From Candidatus Micrarchaeota archaeon (lineage in GTDB: Archaea > Micrarchaeota > Micrarchaeia > Norongarragalinales > SBBD01), in assembly GCA_018819225.1 (NCBI GenBank), contig JAHJQN010000004.1, positions 194,813 to 258,812 on the forward strand: 64,000 bases of DNA, read 5' to 3'. This document shows positions 37,156 through 46,405 of this stretch, in pieces. Position numbers and translations under genes: made by a program. Each line of letters starts with the position of its first letter. Within the stretch, counting starts at the first letter, position 1. Under the pieces are notes generated by a model. The model made no database searches, had not been told where the DNA came from, and saw nothing but the letters and a program-made list of their open reading frames with translations.

Positions 37156-37953
37156 ATGGAAAGCATGCAGAAAAAAGAAATCGATCGCAATCAAAAAGAA
37201 ATTGTTCAGCGGGTATACTATCTTCAACCCGTTCTTCCACCCGGGCCATCGATTCAACTGATTGGAATCCCTCACGGAACTCATCGATCAGCCATTCCAA
37301 GAGCAGTCTCTAGGTTTTTGAATAAAGCTCTATTGGACTATCCAGGACGGATTTATACGGAAGGGGCTATGAAAGGACCATCGTACGCTCTTCCGCGGGT
37401 TTATCGATCATCCGCAAAAGGAATCGAATCTCGCTCGGTCATGAATCATTCCTGGAGATTATTGACTCACGATCGGAAAAAAGGATGGCAAAGCGTATGG
37501 GGAACCATAACGAGTCCGTTATTTGATCGGGCAACAGGAGCGGTCGATTATTTTAAGCTCGGGAAACAAATTGCAACGAATCCTCTCAGCGATCGTCAAT
37601 TGGAATTAAATCGGAATTGGTTTAAATATCACCTAAAAAAAGAAACCAGCTTGCCGGATAAAGCCATTGCCCATCGCGCTGAATTCATCACGTCCATTCG
37701 AAGCGTGATGATGGCCGGACGGTTATTACAACATCGAAGACGTCATCAGCAACCCATCGTATTTGTTTCAGGTAGTATTCATGCAAGTGAAATTCACCAA
37801 TTTCTCAAGAACCCAGCTAAAACGTTGGAATACGTCAAAGGAGCCCATCCACGTTTTGGAGAAGATAATATGAGTGCACGAATGGGTTTGCTGGTTGCGG
37901 AAAGGGAGTTCACGAGATTGCGAAGAGAAAAGGAGCGAAGGGGTGCCTCGTAA
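37156..37953 (+). CDS. hypothetical protein (weak TraB/GumN-like resemblance), lower GC than flanks
   Basis: IGIPHGTH and VSGSIHASE segments faintly resemble GumN/TraB motifs; GC ~45% versus ~55% nearby. Confidence 0.3.
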   Translation: MESMQKKEIDRNQKEIVQRVYYLQPVLPPGPSIQLIGIPHGTHRSAIPRAVSRFLNKALLDYPGRIYTEGAMKGPSYALPRVYRSSAKGIESRSVMNHSWRLLTHDRKKGWQSVWGTITSPLFDRATGAVDYFKLGKQIATNPLSDRQLELNRNWFKYHLKKETSLPDKAIAHRAEFITSIRSVMMAGRLLQHRRRHQQPIVFVSGSIHASEIHQFLKNPAKTLEYVKGAHPRFGEDNMSARMGLLVAEREFTRLRREKERRGAS

Positions 37954-38069
37954 CGCCCTCGCAAGCACAAGCCATTGTTTAAAAATATTGTGTCCCCAAT
38001 ACTTTTCTCTTCTGCTAGAACTCGTCCGACGAGTAGCTGCAAGTGTGAATATCATCAAAGGGAGGGCAT

Positions 38070-38498
38070 ATGGCAAGACGAATTAAATCGCATAAACGAA
38101 AGCATTACGGTAACCGCACGTTCGGCCATGGAAACAAGAAGAACTGGCGCGGCAAGGGAAGCCGCGGTGGAACCGGTCGAGGAGGATACCACAAACAAAA
38201 CTGGATGCGTACCTTAAAGACCGAAGGCCCCAGGCAAACGGCTTCCGGATTCGTCAATCCGACCACCCGCCGGATCATCGCCGTACCCCTGACGCACGTG
38301 TCCACGCGAATCGAGAAAGGCGCGTTCAAGCAGGAAGGGAACGCGTACAACATCGACTTGACCCGCAAAGGCAAGCTCGTAAAAGTACTCGGAAACGGAG
38401 CGTTTTCATATAAGGCACACGTGAAAGCCAACGCGTTTACAGGAAGTGCGAAAGTAAAAATTGAGAAAGCCGGGGGAAGCGTGCTCGTCGCCCAATAA
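38070..38498 (+). CDS. rpl15: 50S ribosomal protein L15
   Basis: Gly/Arg-rich N-terminus GKGSRGGTGRGGYHKQNW, position directly upstream of secY. Confidence 0.85.
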   Translation: MARRIKSHKRKHYGNRTFGHGNKKNWRGKGSRGGTGRGGYHKQNWMRTLKTEGPRQTASGFVNPTTRRIIAVPLTHVSTRIEKGAFKQEGNAYNIDLTRKGKLVKVLGNGAFSYKAHVKANAFTGSAKVKIEKAGGSVLVAQ

Positions 38499-38569
38499 AT
38501 GCGGCGGAGTAAAACGCTTATAAACCCCGTTCAAGAAAAGCATTGAAAGAGGGAGAGAGGGTTCGAATC

Positions 38570-39997
38570 ATGAGCTGGCTGCAATCACTGGCGCCCATCA
38601 TCAACAATTTGCCGGAAGTAAAATCTCCGATCCGCGCGCCATCCCTCAAAGAAAAACTACTTTGGACCGGAGCCATCCTCCTCCTATTTTACATTCTAGG
38701 ACAAATCTATCCTTTGGGCGTTGATGCCTCGAGATTGGTGCGTTTCGAACGACTTGAAATCTTGCTCGGCAGCCGAACCGGAACCCTGATTACAACGGGA
38801 ATTGGACCCATCGTGCTCGCCAGTATCTTCTTGCAACTAGCGGTCGGCTCGAAACTCATCAATATTGATTTGAGCCAGCAGGAAAACAAGAAGTTGTTTC
38901 AGGGACTGCAAAAGCTTCTCGCCATCGGACTGAGCATCATTGAAGGATTCATTTACGCGAAAAGCATCGTGGTATCCACGGATGCCGCAACACCGGCATT
39001 GTACGCAGCCAACATGGTACTGGGCTTTGCTACGCCGGGCCAGCTTGCAATCGCCGCACAACTCGCACTCGGCTCGATCATGCTGCTGTATATGGACGAG
39101 GTCACGCAAAAATACGGAATCGGCTCAGGCATCTCGCTCTTTATTGCAGCAGGAGTTACGCAAGCCGTTTTCATTGGAGCGTTCAGTATTGCTTCGGAAG
39201 GAACGGCCATAGCCGGGCTTATACCGCAAGCGTTCATTGAAGTGTTCGGCGGTAACGTCGCTACCGCGTTTTGGGCGATTGTCCCCATCCTGTTCACGAT
39301 AGGCGTGTTCCTCGTCGTCGTTTATGCGGAAGGCATGCGCATCGAACTGCCTCTATCGTATGGAGGAGCACGGGGATTGGGAGCGCGCTACCCCATCAAA
39401 TTCCTTTACGTTTCAGTTATCCCCGTCATTCTGGCAACGGCCGTGCTGCTTAACATACAGGTATTCGGTTTATTCTTGTTCAACGCAGGCATGCCCATTT
39501 TCGGCAATTATCAAAACAACCAGCCCGTGGACGGCCTCGCCTACTTTACGACGGCATTACCCTCGCCATTGTTAATCGTGGGAGGCTATCCGGCGTATCT
39601 GGCGTTCATTTCCAACCCGCGCGAAATTCTTCATATTGTTACGTACGGTATAGCGCTAGTGTCGCTATGCATGGTATTCGGATGGTTCTGGATCGAAAGC
39701 ACGGGAGCCAGTGCAGCCAACGTCGCGCAGCAGCTTGAAAAGACCGGTTTGCAAATACCGGGATTCCGGCAAGACACGCGCGTCACGGAAAGGATTTTGA
39801 ACCGGTACATCCCAGTCATTACGGTTCTAGGGAGTTTGTTCGTGGGATTGCTGGCGTGGTTTGCGGACATCACGGGCGCTCTGGGAACCGGTACCGGAAT
39901 TCTTCTGACCGTCGGAGTATTATACCGATTCTACGAAGACTTGGCGAAACAGCAAGTATTTGAATTGTATCCCGCGCTTAAACGCGTCGTGCAATAA
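38570..39997 (+). CDS. secY: preprotein translocase subunit SecY
   Basis: 10 TM helices, conserved SecY segments; start at MSWLQSL preceded by GGAGAGAGGG. Confidence 0.9.
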   Translation: MSWLQSLAPIINNLPEVKSPIRAPSLKEKLLWTGAILLLFYILGQIYPLGVDASRLVRFERLEILLGSRTGTLITTGIGPIVLASIFLQLAVGSKLINIDLSQQENKKLFQGLQKLLAIGLSIIEGFIYAKSIVVSTDAATPALYAANMVLGFATPGQLAIAAQLALGSIMLLYMDEVTQKYGIGSGISLFIAAGVTQAVFIGAFSIASEGTAIAGLIPQAFIEVFGGNVATAFWAIVPILFTIGVFLVVVYAEGMRIELPLSYGGARGLGARYPIKFLYVSVIPVILATAVLLNIQVFGLFLFNAGMPIFGNYQNNQPVDGLAYFTTALPSPLLIVGGYPAYLAFISNPREILHIVTYGIALVSLCMVFGWFWIESTGASAANVAQQLEKTGLQIPGFRQDTRVTERILNRYIPVITVLGSLFVGLLAWFADITGALGTGTGILLTVGVLYRFYEDLAKQQVFELYPALKRVVQ

Positions 39998-40020
39998 ATG
40001 GAGCAGGTGAATCGACAAAC

Positions 40021-40503
40021 ATGGTTTTAGGACTCGAGGACTGGATCATTATTTTCCTTGCTGCAGGCGTGTTTTCGCTCATCGTCAACTTCGCGAACCG
40101 AATTCTGGGAATCCGAAAACGCACCAACGAATTGCAGAAACAAGTAAATGCGTACCAGAAAGAGTATCAGGAAGCAGTCAAGAAGAACGATGAAACGGAA
40201 ATGGCGCGCCTGAAGAAACGAGAACCCGAAGTCATGAAAATGATGCAAGAAATGCTATTCCTCCCGTTCAAGAACATGATCGTCGTCATCCCCATGTTTT
40301 TGATCGTGATCTGGATGGTCGGATCCGCGCTGCCGAACTTTGTCATCGATCTGCCCATTGCCCTTCACTTGAACGGAAACGAGTTGTTGGGATTAAACGT
40401 GTTCCAGTCGAGCACATACGGATCCCGAGGATTCTTCATCCTTTCCTCCGTGATATCGGGACTCGTCATTGAAGGCATTGCCGGAAAGCTTTTGAAACAA
40501 TAA
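40021..40503 (+). CDS. DUF106-family membrane protein (archaeal Oxa1/YidC/EMC3-like insertase candidate)
   Basis: 3 TM helices with coiled-coil cytoplasmic loop; conserved position after secY in archaea. Confidence 0.65.
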   Translation: MVLGLEDWIIIFLAAGVFSLIVNFANRILGIRKRTNELQKQVNAYQKEYQEAVKKNDETEMARLKKREPEVMKMMQEMLFLPFKNMIVVIPMFLIVIWMVGSALPNFVIDLPIALHLNGNELLGLNVFQSSTYGSRGFFILSSVISGLVIEGIAGKLLKQ

Positions 40504-40520
40504 AGAGTTGAGCAAACACC

Positions 40521-40850
40521 ATGGTCGCACCAAGATTTAAGAGAATGAAACGCCGCGTCAAGAAGAGTCCTAAAGGACGACGGGTCGTCATATACAAACC
40601 CGGAAAGCCCGCAGGCGCGGTATGCGCGATATGCGACGCGCGATTGAATGCCGTCCCCAAACGGGATCCGACCGCGATGCGCAAGCTGGCCAAGACCGAA
40701 AAAAGGCCTGAACGAATCTTCGGAGGCGTCCTCTGCCACGCATGCGTCGAACAATTGATTAAAGAACGCATTCGTCTCCAATCCGGAGACTTGCAGAAAG
40801 AAGATGTCGACCTCCTGCATCTGAAATACTTGGAGCGCATGAAAGGGTGA
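40521..40850 (+). CDS. rpl34e: 50S ribosomal protein L34e
   Basis: Zn-ribbon CAICDARL...CHAC and basic N-terminus typical of L34e. Confidence 0.8.
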   Translation: MVAPRFKRMKRRVKKSPKGRRVVIYKPGKPAGAVCAICDARLNAVPKRDPTAMRKLAKTEKRPERIFGGVLCHACVEQLIKERIRLQSGDLQKEDVDLLHLKYLERMKG

Positions 40851-41446
40851 ACCATGGCGTGCGCATTGCTATCTCGGGACTCGCCGGTTGTGGTAATACG
40901 ACCGCGTGCAAGAATGTCGCTAAAACCTTGAAATTGAAGGTCGTAAACTTCACGCTCCGAAATCTCGCGGAAGAAATGGGCATGACGCTAGATGAAATAC
41001 TGGATAAACGCAAAGACGACCCCAAATACGATTACCTGCTCGACCGAAAACAGATCAGCCTCGTTTCATCGGAAGACGACACGATTCTGGGAAGCCGGCT
41101 ATCCAGCTGGCTCATCTACGCGGACTTGAAAGTATGGTTGGATGCGTCCCTGCGTGAACGAGCCGCCCGCATCGTGGAACGGGAAGAACGCGAGTATTAC
41201 GAAGTGCTGGTAGAAACCAAGAAACGGGACGAGGAAGACATTGCCACGTACAAAAAGCTATATGGAATCGACATCATGAAACACGATGAAATCGATCTCA
41301 CGATCAACACGGAACGGTTTGATGCCAACGAGGTCGCGCAAATCATCATCAACACGGTACGCGTTCTCGAGGCCCGCAAGCCCAAGCACAACCGATACAC
41401 GCAACGCATCATGGACACCATCAACAAAAAAATCGGTAGAAGTTAG
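40847..41446 (+). CDS. cmk: cytidylate kinase (archaeal type)
   Basis: P-loop ISGLAGCGNTT; position after L34e as in many archaea. Confidence 0.8.
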   Translation: MNHGVRIAISGLAGCGNTTACKNVAKTLKLKVVNFTLRNLAEEMGMTLDEILDKRKDDPKYDYLLDRKQISLVSSEDDTILGSRLSSWLIYADLKVWLDASLRERAARIVEREEREYYEVLVETKKRDEEDIATYKKLYGIDIMKHDEIDLTINTERFDANEVAQIIINTVRVLEARKPKHNRYTQRIMDTINKKIGRS

Positions 41447-41467
41447 ATCATTCAACAGGTGACGAAA

Positions 41468-41632
41468 ATGCCAGCCATTCAAGTCGGACAGAAATGCGTA
41501 AAAACGCGCGGCCGGAAAGCCGGAAAAACCGTGGAAGTCGTCAAAATCGTGGACGGCAGCTTCGTGCAAGTCAAGGACGCCAAAGGCAAAGTCAATCGCT
41601 GCAATGTCCTGCATTTGGAGCCGCTTCCTTAA
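41468..41632 (+). CDS. rpl14e: 50S ribosomal protein L14e
   Basis: 54-aa ORF below ORF-track cutoff: MPAIQVGQKCVKTRGRKAGKTVEVV...NVLHLEP matches L14e (MPAIEVGRICVKTAGREAG...NILHLEP). Confidence 0.8.
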   Translation: MPAIQVGQKCVKTRGRKAGKTVEVVKIVDGSFVQVKDAKGKVNRCNVLHLEPLP

Positions 41633-41726
41633 ACCCGCAGTCTTTCTCTCTTAAACGGGTGTACGGCATTTGCACATCCTCCAAAAGCGTGAAGGAAAAA
41701 AAGGCGTTCGACCCCCAGAACGCTCG

Positions 41727-42605
41727 ATGTCCGAACGGCTCCGATACGGCGTGGTCTGCATCAACAAGCCCCCGGGACCCTCTTCCCACGAAGTATCGGC
41801 GTTCGTAAAGAAATTGCTTCGCGTGGAACGCACCGGCCATACGGGTACTTTGGATCAAAACGTTTCCGGCGTGCTCGTCGTCCTCATAAACGAATCCCGA
41901 AAAAGCGCGACGTATTTGATGCAAAGCCGCAAAACGTATGTCTGCGTCATGCGCACGGCTCAAGCCGTATCAAAAAGCGATTTGGAAGACGCGTTTCAGC
42001 ATTTCCGGGGGCCCATTTTTCAAAAACCGCCTGAAGCCAGCGCCGTACGAAGAGTCTTGAGAGTACGCCGCATCCATTCCCTTCAATTACTGGAGATGGA
42101 AGGCAAATCGGTATTGTTCCAATGCGAATGCGATGCCGGAACCTATATCCGAAAACTCGTTTATGATATCGGAGAAATTCTCGGGATGGAAACCGAGATG
42201 AAGGAACTGCGAAGAATTGAAGCCGCCGGACTATCGGAATCGCGCGGCATCACGTTGCAACAGTTGGCCGACTATTACTGGCTCGCAACAGAAAAAGGAC
42301 GGCCAAAACACCTGGAAAGCGCCTTAATTCCCATCGAAGAAGTCATCGAAAAAGCGCTAAAGAAAGTCGTGGTGACGGATGAAGCCCTTTCCAGCATCAG
42401 TCACGGCGTTCCTCCACGCGTTTCCCAAATCGTGGAGATGCCCGATCGAATTCACGTCGGCGAAACGCTCTCAGGATTTACGCTGAAAGGCGAGCTCGCA
42501 TTCATTCTGCAGGCGACGCTCTCCGAAAAAGAGATTCTCGAATTGCATGAAAAAGAGCACGACACGGAATTCGCGCGCGTGGTGCGAGTCGTGCACGCAT
42601 TCTAG
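41727..42605 (+). CDS. cbf5: tRNA/rRNA pseudouridine synthase Cbf5 (TruB family) with PUA domain
   Basis: VVCINKPPGPSSHEV...TGHTGTLDQNVSGVLVV catalytic Asp motif; C-terminal PUA. Confidence 0.85.
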   Translation: MSERLRYGVVCINKPPGPSSHEVSAFVKKLLRVERTGHTGTLDQNVSGVLVVLINESRKSATYLMQSRKTYVCVMRTAQAVSKSDLEDAFQHFRGPIFQKPPEASAVRRVLRVRRIHSLQLLEMEGKSVLFQCECDAGTYIRKLVYDIGEILGMETEMKELRRIEAAGLSESRGITLQQLADYYWLATEKGRPKHLESALIPIEEVIEKALKKVVVTDEALSSISHGVPPRVSQIVEMPDRIHVGETLSGFTLKGELAFILQATLSEKEILELHEKEHDTEFARVVRVVHAF

Positions 42606-42703
42606 CGAAAGACGTTCGCTTATTAAACGTTGGCGTTTACAAACCTTCTTGCGCTACTGCTTTTGTTTGGTGTCGCTCTTTCGAAGCGCTAGCGAGGAAT
42701 ATT

Positions 42704-43930
42704 ATGACTCAAGCAGCCGTTAACATCGGAACCATCGGACACGTGGATCACGGAAAAACCACGTTAGTATCCGCTCTCACGGGCAAATGGACGGACACGC
42801 ACAGCGAAGAACTCAAGCGCGGCATTACCATTAAATTGGGTTACGCGGACGTGGAATTTCGTAAGTGCCCCAAATGTCCAGCGCCCCAACAATACACCAT
42901 AAAAAAAGTATGCGAAGAATGCAAATCGAAAACCGAGCCGCTGAGAAAAGTCTCTTTTTTAGACGCCCCCGGACACGAAACGCTGATGGCCACCGTCATT
43001 GCCGCTAGCAGCATCATGGACGCCGCGCTCTTCGTCATTTCCGCCAACGAAAAGTGTCCGCAACCCCAAACCATCGAACATTTAGCGGTATTGGAAGCCG
43101 CAGAAATCGAACACGTGGTGATCGCGCAAAGCAAAGTGGATTTGGTTCCTAAAAGCCGCGCGCTCGAACACTATAAGGAAATCAAAGCGTTCTTGAAAGG
43201 CACGCGGTATGAAAACTCGGTCATTGTTCCGACGGCCGTCACCGCCCCGAAAAGCTTGCACTCACTCATTCAAGCCATTGAAGAAAACATTCCCACGCCC
43301 AAACGAGAGAACGATAAGCCCGCCCGGATGCTGATCGCACGCAGTTTTGACGTCAACAAACCCGGTACCGCGATAACGAAAATCGTGGGAGGCGTTCTCG
43401 GAGGCAGCATCGTGACCGGAACATTAAAAGTAGGGGACGAAATCGAAATTTCTCCCGGAATACTCAAGAAGAAAAAGGATCGCGAAGAATACGAGCGTTT
43501 CCAGACGCGCATTGTTTCCTTGAACGCGGGAGGAGAAATGCTGCAGAAAGCGTTTCCAGGCGGTCTGATCGGAGTCGCCACTTCCGCGGATCCTGCTCTG
43601 ACGAGAGCCGATTCGGTCGGAGGCAATCTGTTGGGCATGAAAGGTTCTTTACCGCCGGTTCAAAAACAAGTGCGCGTCGACATTGAACCGTTGAAACGAA
43701 CGCTGGACCTATTCAAGGCGGCTGCGGGCATCAACGAACCGCTGGTGCTCGGAATCGGTACGAACACGACCATAGGATTCATCGTCGATCGCAAGAAAAA
43801 AATTGCCACCATCAAGCTCAAGAAACCGATTTGCGCCAACGTGGGAGAGAAAATGGCCGTCATGCGGCGAGCCAACAACCGCTGGCACTTATACGGAACC
43901 GCGACCATATTGGAGGATAAAAACCCTTAG
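42704..43930 (+). CDS. eif2g: translation initiation factor aIF-2 gamma subunit
   Basis: G1 GHVDHGKTT, Zn-ribbon insert CPKCPAPQQY...CEEC, G4 QSKVD. Confidence 0.9.
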   Translation: MTQAAVNIGTIGHVDHGKTTLVSALTGKWTDTHSEELKRGITIKLGYADVEFRKCPKCPAPQQYTIKKVCEECKSKTEPLRKVSFLDAPGHETLMATVIAASSIMDAALFVISANEKCPQPQTIEHLAVLEAAEIEHVVIAQSKVDLVPKSRALEHYKEIKAFLKGTRYENSVIVPTAVTAPKSLHSLIQAIEENIPTPKRENDKPARMLIARSFDVNKPGTAITKIVGGVLGGSIVTGTLKVGDEIEISPGILKKKKDREEYERFQTRIVSLNAGGEMLQKAFPGGLIGVATSADPALTRADSVGGNLLGMKGSLPPVQKQVRVDIEPLKRTLDLFKAAAGINEPLVLGIGTNTTIGFIVDRKKKIATIKLKKPICANVGEKMAVMRRANNRWHLYGTATILEDKNP

Positions 43931-43937
43931 AAAAAAA

Positions 43938-44039
43938 GCGGGCCCGCCGGGATGTTCGCGGTCAAGAGCATTCGACCGATTCGAACCCGGATCTAAAGCT
44001 CCGCAAGCTTCCGTTCTGTCCAGGTTATACTACGGGCCC
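43938..44039 (-). tRNA. tRNA-like gene (possibly tRNA-Arg GCG) with ~27-nt insertion in the T-loop; D-arm pairing poor
   Basis: Reverse complement GGGCCCG-TA-...-GAAGC-TTGCGGA-GCTTT-AGAT-CCGGG-TTCGAATC[insert]CCCGG-CGGGCCC-G; acceptor and T stems complementary, D stem not. Confidence 0.4.
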
Positions 44040-44106
44040 AATAAAAAACGTTAATGCATTTACACGAAAAAGAATTTAAAGTCATGGACCAATGAGGAAT
44101 GGAACT

Positions 44107-44259
44107 ATGAAAGCATGTACCTCTTGTGGAAGAACAACGGAAGACTTCACGGCATTCCCGTGCCCGAAATGCGGACAAAAGGAACTCGTCCGTTGTAAGG
44201 CCTGCCGGGAAAACGTGAACGCCTACTCGTGCACCGAATGCGGCTTCGAAGGACCATAA
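44107..44259 (+). CDS. small Zn-ribbon protein (four C-x2-C pairs)
   Basis: 50-aa ORF below ORF-track cutoff: MKACTSCGRTTEDFTAFPCPKCGQKELVRCKACRENVNAYSCTECGFEGP; resembles the archaeal Zn-ribbon protein often found next to aIF2gamma. Confidence 0.5.
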   Translation: MKACTSCGRTTEDFTAFPCPKCGQKELVRCKACRENVNAYSCTECGFEGP

Positions 44260-44274
44260 GGCGATCCGCGCACA

Positions 44275-44703
44275 ATGAAAAAGCGCAAAGTCATGGCCTT
44301 TGGAGGCTTCGACGTACTGCACCTTGGCCACGTCCAGTTCCTGAAAGAAGCAAAAAAGAAGGGGGACGAACTCGTCGTCGTGGTCGCGCGAGACCGCGTG
44401 CTCCGACACGTCAAACACCACGAACCCTATTTCAAGGAAGCCGAGCGCCTGGAACTCCTTTCGAGCTTAAAATGCGTGGACCGCGCCATTCTAGGAGACC
44501 AACACAACACGTTGCTACCCATTAAATGGGAACGCCCCCAAGTCATCGTTCTCGGATACGATCAACCTAAACGCATTCCGGAATTGAGACGCGAGCTCCT
44601 CGCGATGGGCATCCGCATCGAAAAAATCGTGCGGGCAAAACCGTACGGCACCCGAAGGCATAAAAGCAAGAAAGTCAAGCACTATTTCGAACGATTCGTT
44701 TAG
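44275..44703 (+). CDS. ribL: cytidylyltransferase-family FAD synthase (RibL-like)
   Basis: AFGGFDVLHLGHVQFL (HxGH nucleotidyltransferase motif). Confidence 0.7.
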   Translation: MKKRKVMAFGGFDVLHLGHVQFLKEAKKKGDELVVVVARDRVLRHVKHHEPYFKEAERLELLSSLKCVDRAILGDQHNTLLPIKWERPQVIVLGYDQPKRIPELRRELLAMGIRIEKIVRAKPYGTRRHKSKKVKHYFERFV

Positions 44704-44737
44704 CACGGGATGTTATCGCACGCGCATGACCGAATAG

Positions 44738-45832
44738 TCAGAGCATGAATCCATACGCGTCCTCTAACAAACCGGCCCCCTTCTTCAACGTTCGACCGGC
44801 TAACGCGATTCCTCCCTCCTCCGGATAGGCATCGACCGCATACTGATCGTAAAGGAATTCACCCGTGCTCTTGAACAAGAAGCGATGCTTCGCCTTGGGA
44901 TACAAGTGTAATAACAAACGCCCCTTTCCATCGCGAATCACCCAGGAAGAACGATCCGCATCCCGCGAAATGGACGTCCCGGAAAGCGTGCGCTGTCGGC
45001 CGGTACGCGCGTCCCAGAACGTGGAGCGAGAAGGCGATATGGAACCGAACGAGTGACTCGGAACGAATCGCAGAGAAAACACGTCGAGTATGCTGCCGTC
45101 TGGAAAGTGAATGCGCGCCCAATTCCAGGGAATAAACGGACCCACCGCCACGACTTTCTGCAAATATCCGTGACCGGAAACCGGTTTTCCGTAAAGCGTT
45201 CCCTTGAATGTCGGGAATACATTCACGAGCTCGAAACCGAATACCGACGTCGAAAAATGTCCGATTTCATACGGTTTTCCGGATCGAGGAGCGGAAAACG
45301 AGATCGATGCAATCCGTTGACCGTTCTCTCGAATGGAAAACGAGTAGAACGGGTATTTTCCAGTAAGCGAAACGCGTTTCGAACGATCTTCCAGCGCGTT
45401 TTCAGGAGAATTTCGAACGGAAAAAACGGATTGAAATCCTTTAGAACGTTTTTTCTTTCCGGAGTACGACCAGTACTCGCATACGAGCGGGATCTCGGTT
45501 TTCGGCGACGCGGCATGCGATTCCTTCAAGCGACGCCGATTGATATTTACGGTTCCTTGCGCTCGACCGAACATGACCACGAGATGATTTAGGGTTTTCG
45601 CGTCCGACACGTAAAGAAACCAGTACTCTTTACCGAATACCGGCAGTTCCTCGAATTGGAAGAACATGCGATCAACCCCGGCGTGGCGATGCCTTTGGGA
45701 AAACAGGAGGGATAACGGTTTAATTTTTTGCAGAGGCCACTCAAAATCATGCAGGTGCCGGCGTTGGGACCGCGATAAACGCGCGATCACGCGATTCAAG
45801 GAAGGAAACCGGGCACGAGAGGGCATGAACAC
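44738..45832 (-). CDS. hypothetical protein
   Basis: 364-aa ORF; no confident motif (faint lipocalin/CrtC-like impression only). Confidence 0.35.
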   Translation of the reverse strand: MFMPSRARFPSLNRVIARLSRSQRRHLHDFEWPLQKIKPLSLLFSQRHRHAGVDRMFFQFEELPVFGKEYWFLYVSDAKTLNHLVVMFGRAQGTVNINRRRLKESHAASPKTEIPLVCEYWSYSGKKKRSKGFQSVFSVRNSPENALEDRSKRVSLTGKYPFYSFSIRENGQRIASISFSAPRSGKPYEIGHFSTSVFGFELVNVFPTFKGTLYGKPVSGHGYLQKVVAVGPFIPWNWARIHFPDGSILDVFSLRFVPSHSFGSISPSRSTFWDARTGRQRTLSGTSISRDADRSSWVIRDGKGRLLLHLYPKAKHRFLFKSTGEFLYDQYAVDAYPEEGGIALAGRTLKKGAGLLEDAYGFML

Positions 45833-45874
45833 CCTTCACCCTCGCGAAATAAATAGGTTTTGTCTTTCGCGAAA

Positions 45875-46253
45875 CTAATGATGCGCGTCGATTTTAATGG
45901 CCGCAATAATTAACAGGGCGATAAAAACCATGCCCGCGTTCATGAAGCTGCCGATACGGTAGTGAGAATTAATGATTAGAATTCCCAGTAGCGCGACAAC
46001 GATCCAGTTCCAGCTTGAATCCCAAACGAATACCATTTCGAACGCCTTATCCCGCAAACCAGTCTTTTCCCACCCAAACAACGAGAATCAAGAGCACTAA
46101 GAAAAACGAAGGCGTCCACATGTCGACGTACTGCGTACCAATTACCGTTAAAAATAAGAGCCCGGCTAACCCCCACAACACGTTGTCGTCCATCATGTCC
46201 ACGAGATATTCACACGCTATTCCCGAAAATGCAGGTATATATGCATTTTCCAC
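45875..46253 (-). CDS. two overlapping 68-aa hydrophobic ORFs, possibly one membrane-protein gene split by a frameshift
   Basis: ORFs 46047..46253 and 45875..46081 overlap by 35 nt in different frames; each has 2 predicted TM helices. Confidence 0.3.
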
Positions 46254-46405
46254 GCGTCGAACGGGAAAACCTTTTTAAACGTTCAATGGCAATAAATTTG
46301 AGCAGTCGATAGGCTTAACATGGCTGATTCTGAAGGGCAACCAATGCACCCTAAAGGGGTTACGCGGCGCGTCCTTCCAAAAAACGATATAGTGGGTGGG
46401 AAAAC

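Noticed and set aside
38543-38569. Upstream ATG (38543) for secY
   Set aside because: That ATG lies inside the purine-rich ribosome-binding stretch (GGGAGAGAGGG) that precedes the conserved MSWLQSL start at 38570. The stretch also contains GGTTCGAATC, which looks like a tRNA T-arm, but no acceptor or D/anticodon stems can be drawn.
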